Positions 62,479 through 64,000 of a stretch of DNA of 64,000 nucleotides are shown here, in pieces. This stretch comes from Ramazzottius varieornatus (lineage: Eukaryota > Animalia > Tardigrada). The stretch spans positions 2,373,324-2,437,323 of the forward strand of contig BDGG01000001.1 in assembly GCA_001949185.1 (NCBI GenBank), in the 5' to 3' direction. Every line of letters begins with the position of its first letter. Position 1 is the first letter of the stretch. The notes below the pieces were generated by a model. It saw only the letters and a list, made by a program, of their open reading frames with translations, searched no databases and had not been told where the DNA came from. Both the position numbers and the translations under genes were made by a program.

Positions 62479-62845
62479 CTACAACTCGGAGGGGGGAAGT
62501 ACTTGCTCGCGAAGCAGCTTTTCTTTTGGTAGAGTGATGCATACCTTAATACCACAAAATTCATCGCGCCATAACATTCGCGCAAACGAAAGCTTGTGAT
62601 TTGGCTTGTTCAAATTATGCATAAAACACTAAAATGTAAAATACAAAGAGTAACTCGTATAGTTGTTGAGCTATAAGGAAATGAGAGTTACCAGATTATG
62701 GTGCTTTTCGGCTTCAGTGCCAAAATGAAAGAAGCGTTCGGGAGTAATTCTTCAAGTTTTCAGAAATGGAAAGAAACTGAGAAGGCACCAGAGTTGTTTT
62801 TCAAAAGGACTACCAAGTGTTCGAACAGAAAGACATCTCAGATGC

Positions 62846-64000
62846 TCAGTTAGTGCCGAAAGAAGTAGGAGGAGACCACTGTGCGCGAGCCTTCCTGGGA
62901 ACCACGACAGGCTTTGTTGGAGGCGTCACGGTAGGCTTGGACACTGGTTCCGCATCTGCAGACAACAAAACCCAAGTTGATGTGATGACTTATCTAAACT
63001 TTTGTTAGCTCTGAGCGCGAGAGAGCATGTGCGCTTACCGGCAACGTTCAGCTTTTCCAGCTGAGAAATCAAATCGTCCGTGGAGTCGTCCTTCAACAGT
63101 TCTTCAAGTTCCTTTTCCAGCTCATCTTCATCCACGTCGTCCTTTATGCCTTTCATTGGACTGGAAATTGCTTCTGCGATCTCGTCGTGGACTTCCATGA
63201 CTTCCTGCATATCATCAGCAACTGCTTCCACTTTCTCCACACTATTGTCTTTCTGAACATCTTTGAGAGCGGAAAGCCCTGCTTGATAAGCCTCAAAAAT
63301 CTGAAAATGAAATTTTAATTATTGCCAAATGTAAAGCGAAAAGTCATCAAGACTCTTCAGTAGCACTTACCTTTTCATCCGTTTCAGAATTTTCTAAACG
63401 ATGCAGCATATTTCCGATGTTAGTGATCACTGTGTCCTTCTGCTCCAAAGCCTTCTCGTAGAGTTTCTTCTTCTTCAGAACTCTTAAAGCAACGGGTTTC
63501 TTCCCTGCTCGAACCAGCGACCGTACTTCCTGATCCAGTTCCTCTATCTTGCCTTGAACGACAGAAGCTTCCTTCTCCATTTTGTGAAGCGAACGTCTCA
63601 GAGTGATGACGCCCTTATCCGCTTCCGAGATCTTCGCGACCTTTTTCTTAGCGCTGGCTGGAGCAGCATGGAGAAACTTGATCGTAGCGTGTTCGTCATC
63701 GTCCAAGTCGGTAACGATTATCTGCTGGGTTCGCTGCAGATGTTTCAGCACCTGTGAGAAAACAAGACATAAGATGGAAAATTATGATGAAAATTCAACA
63801 AAACATAAAACATAAGTTTCATGAAGCATTCGAATTACAAAACTTGATGCTGCTCGGAAATTTACCACAGGCATGGAGTAGTCAGGCACGATATCACCAA
63901 ACAGCTCTTTGAACGTGGGCAGGTCCAGGACGGAAGACGAGAGAATACCCGACTGAGCACGAGTGAGGATTTCGGCTGCTTTGGTCTTAACAAGCTCCAC
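62846..64000 (-). CDS. CHMP7: Charged multivesicular body protein 7 (5' end outside window)
   Basis: Snf7 domain ALRVLKKKKLYEK...LENSETDEK|IFEAYQAGLSALK...VEKVEAVADDMQE...DEDELEKELEELL. It is preceded by an extra N-terminal (winged-helix-like) region, as in CHMP7. Confidence 0.82.

Noticed and set aside
1-64000. CRISPR arrays, operons, prokaryotic defence systems, bacterial HGT
   Set aside because: The genes are spliceosomal-intron-containing metazoan types. No repeat-spacer array or bacterial-like ORF was seen.

Overview
Compact, gene-dense, intron-rich animal DNA (many ~50-100 nt GT-AG introns), almost certainly tardigrade: it carries a CAHS gene, a family known only from eutardigrades. 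Ramazzottius or a relative is plausible but is inference. About 20 spliced protein genes can be traced: DHRS11-like SDR, a synaptotagmin-like protein, a two-domain ACE with a GPI-like tail, RNF170, an RRM/F-box-like protein, GALK2, CAMLG/GET2, a degenerate FUT8-like protein, a gustatory-receptor-like 7TM, a BTB pseudogene, CBR1-like, a secreted Gly/Met-rich protein, NCAPD2, FABP, CLPTM1, CAHS, INTS14, a lone chromodomain protein, API5, MED4 and CHMP7 (partial). Non-coding features: two solitary, slightly different 5S rRNA genes that bracket NCAPD2; two hAT-type MITEs with perfect 8-bp TSDs upstream of CAHS; a ~515-bp fold-back element; and marked over-representation of ACTTCCGG/CCGGAAGT. Gene models were assembled by eye, so exon boundaries and some starts are approximate.
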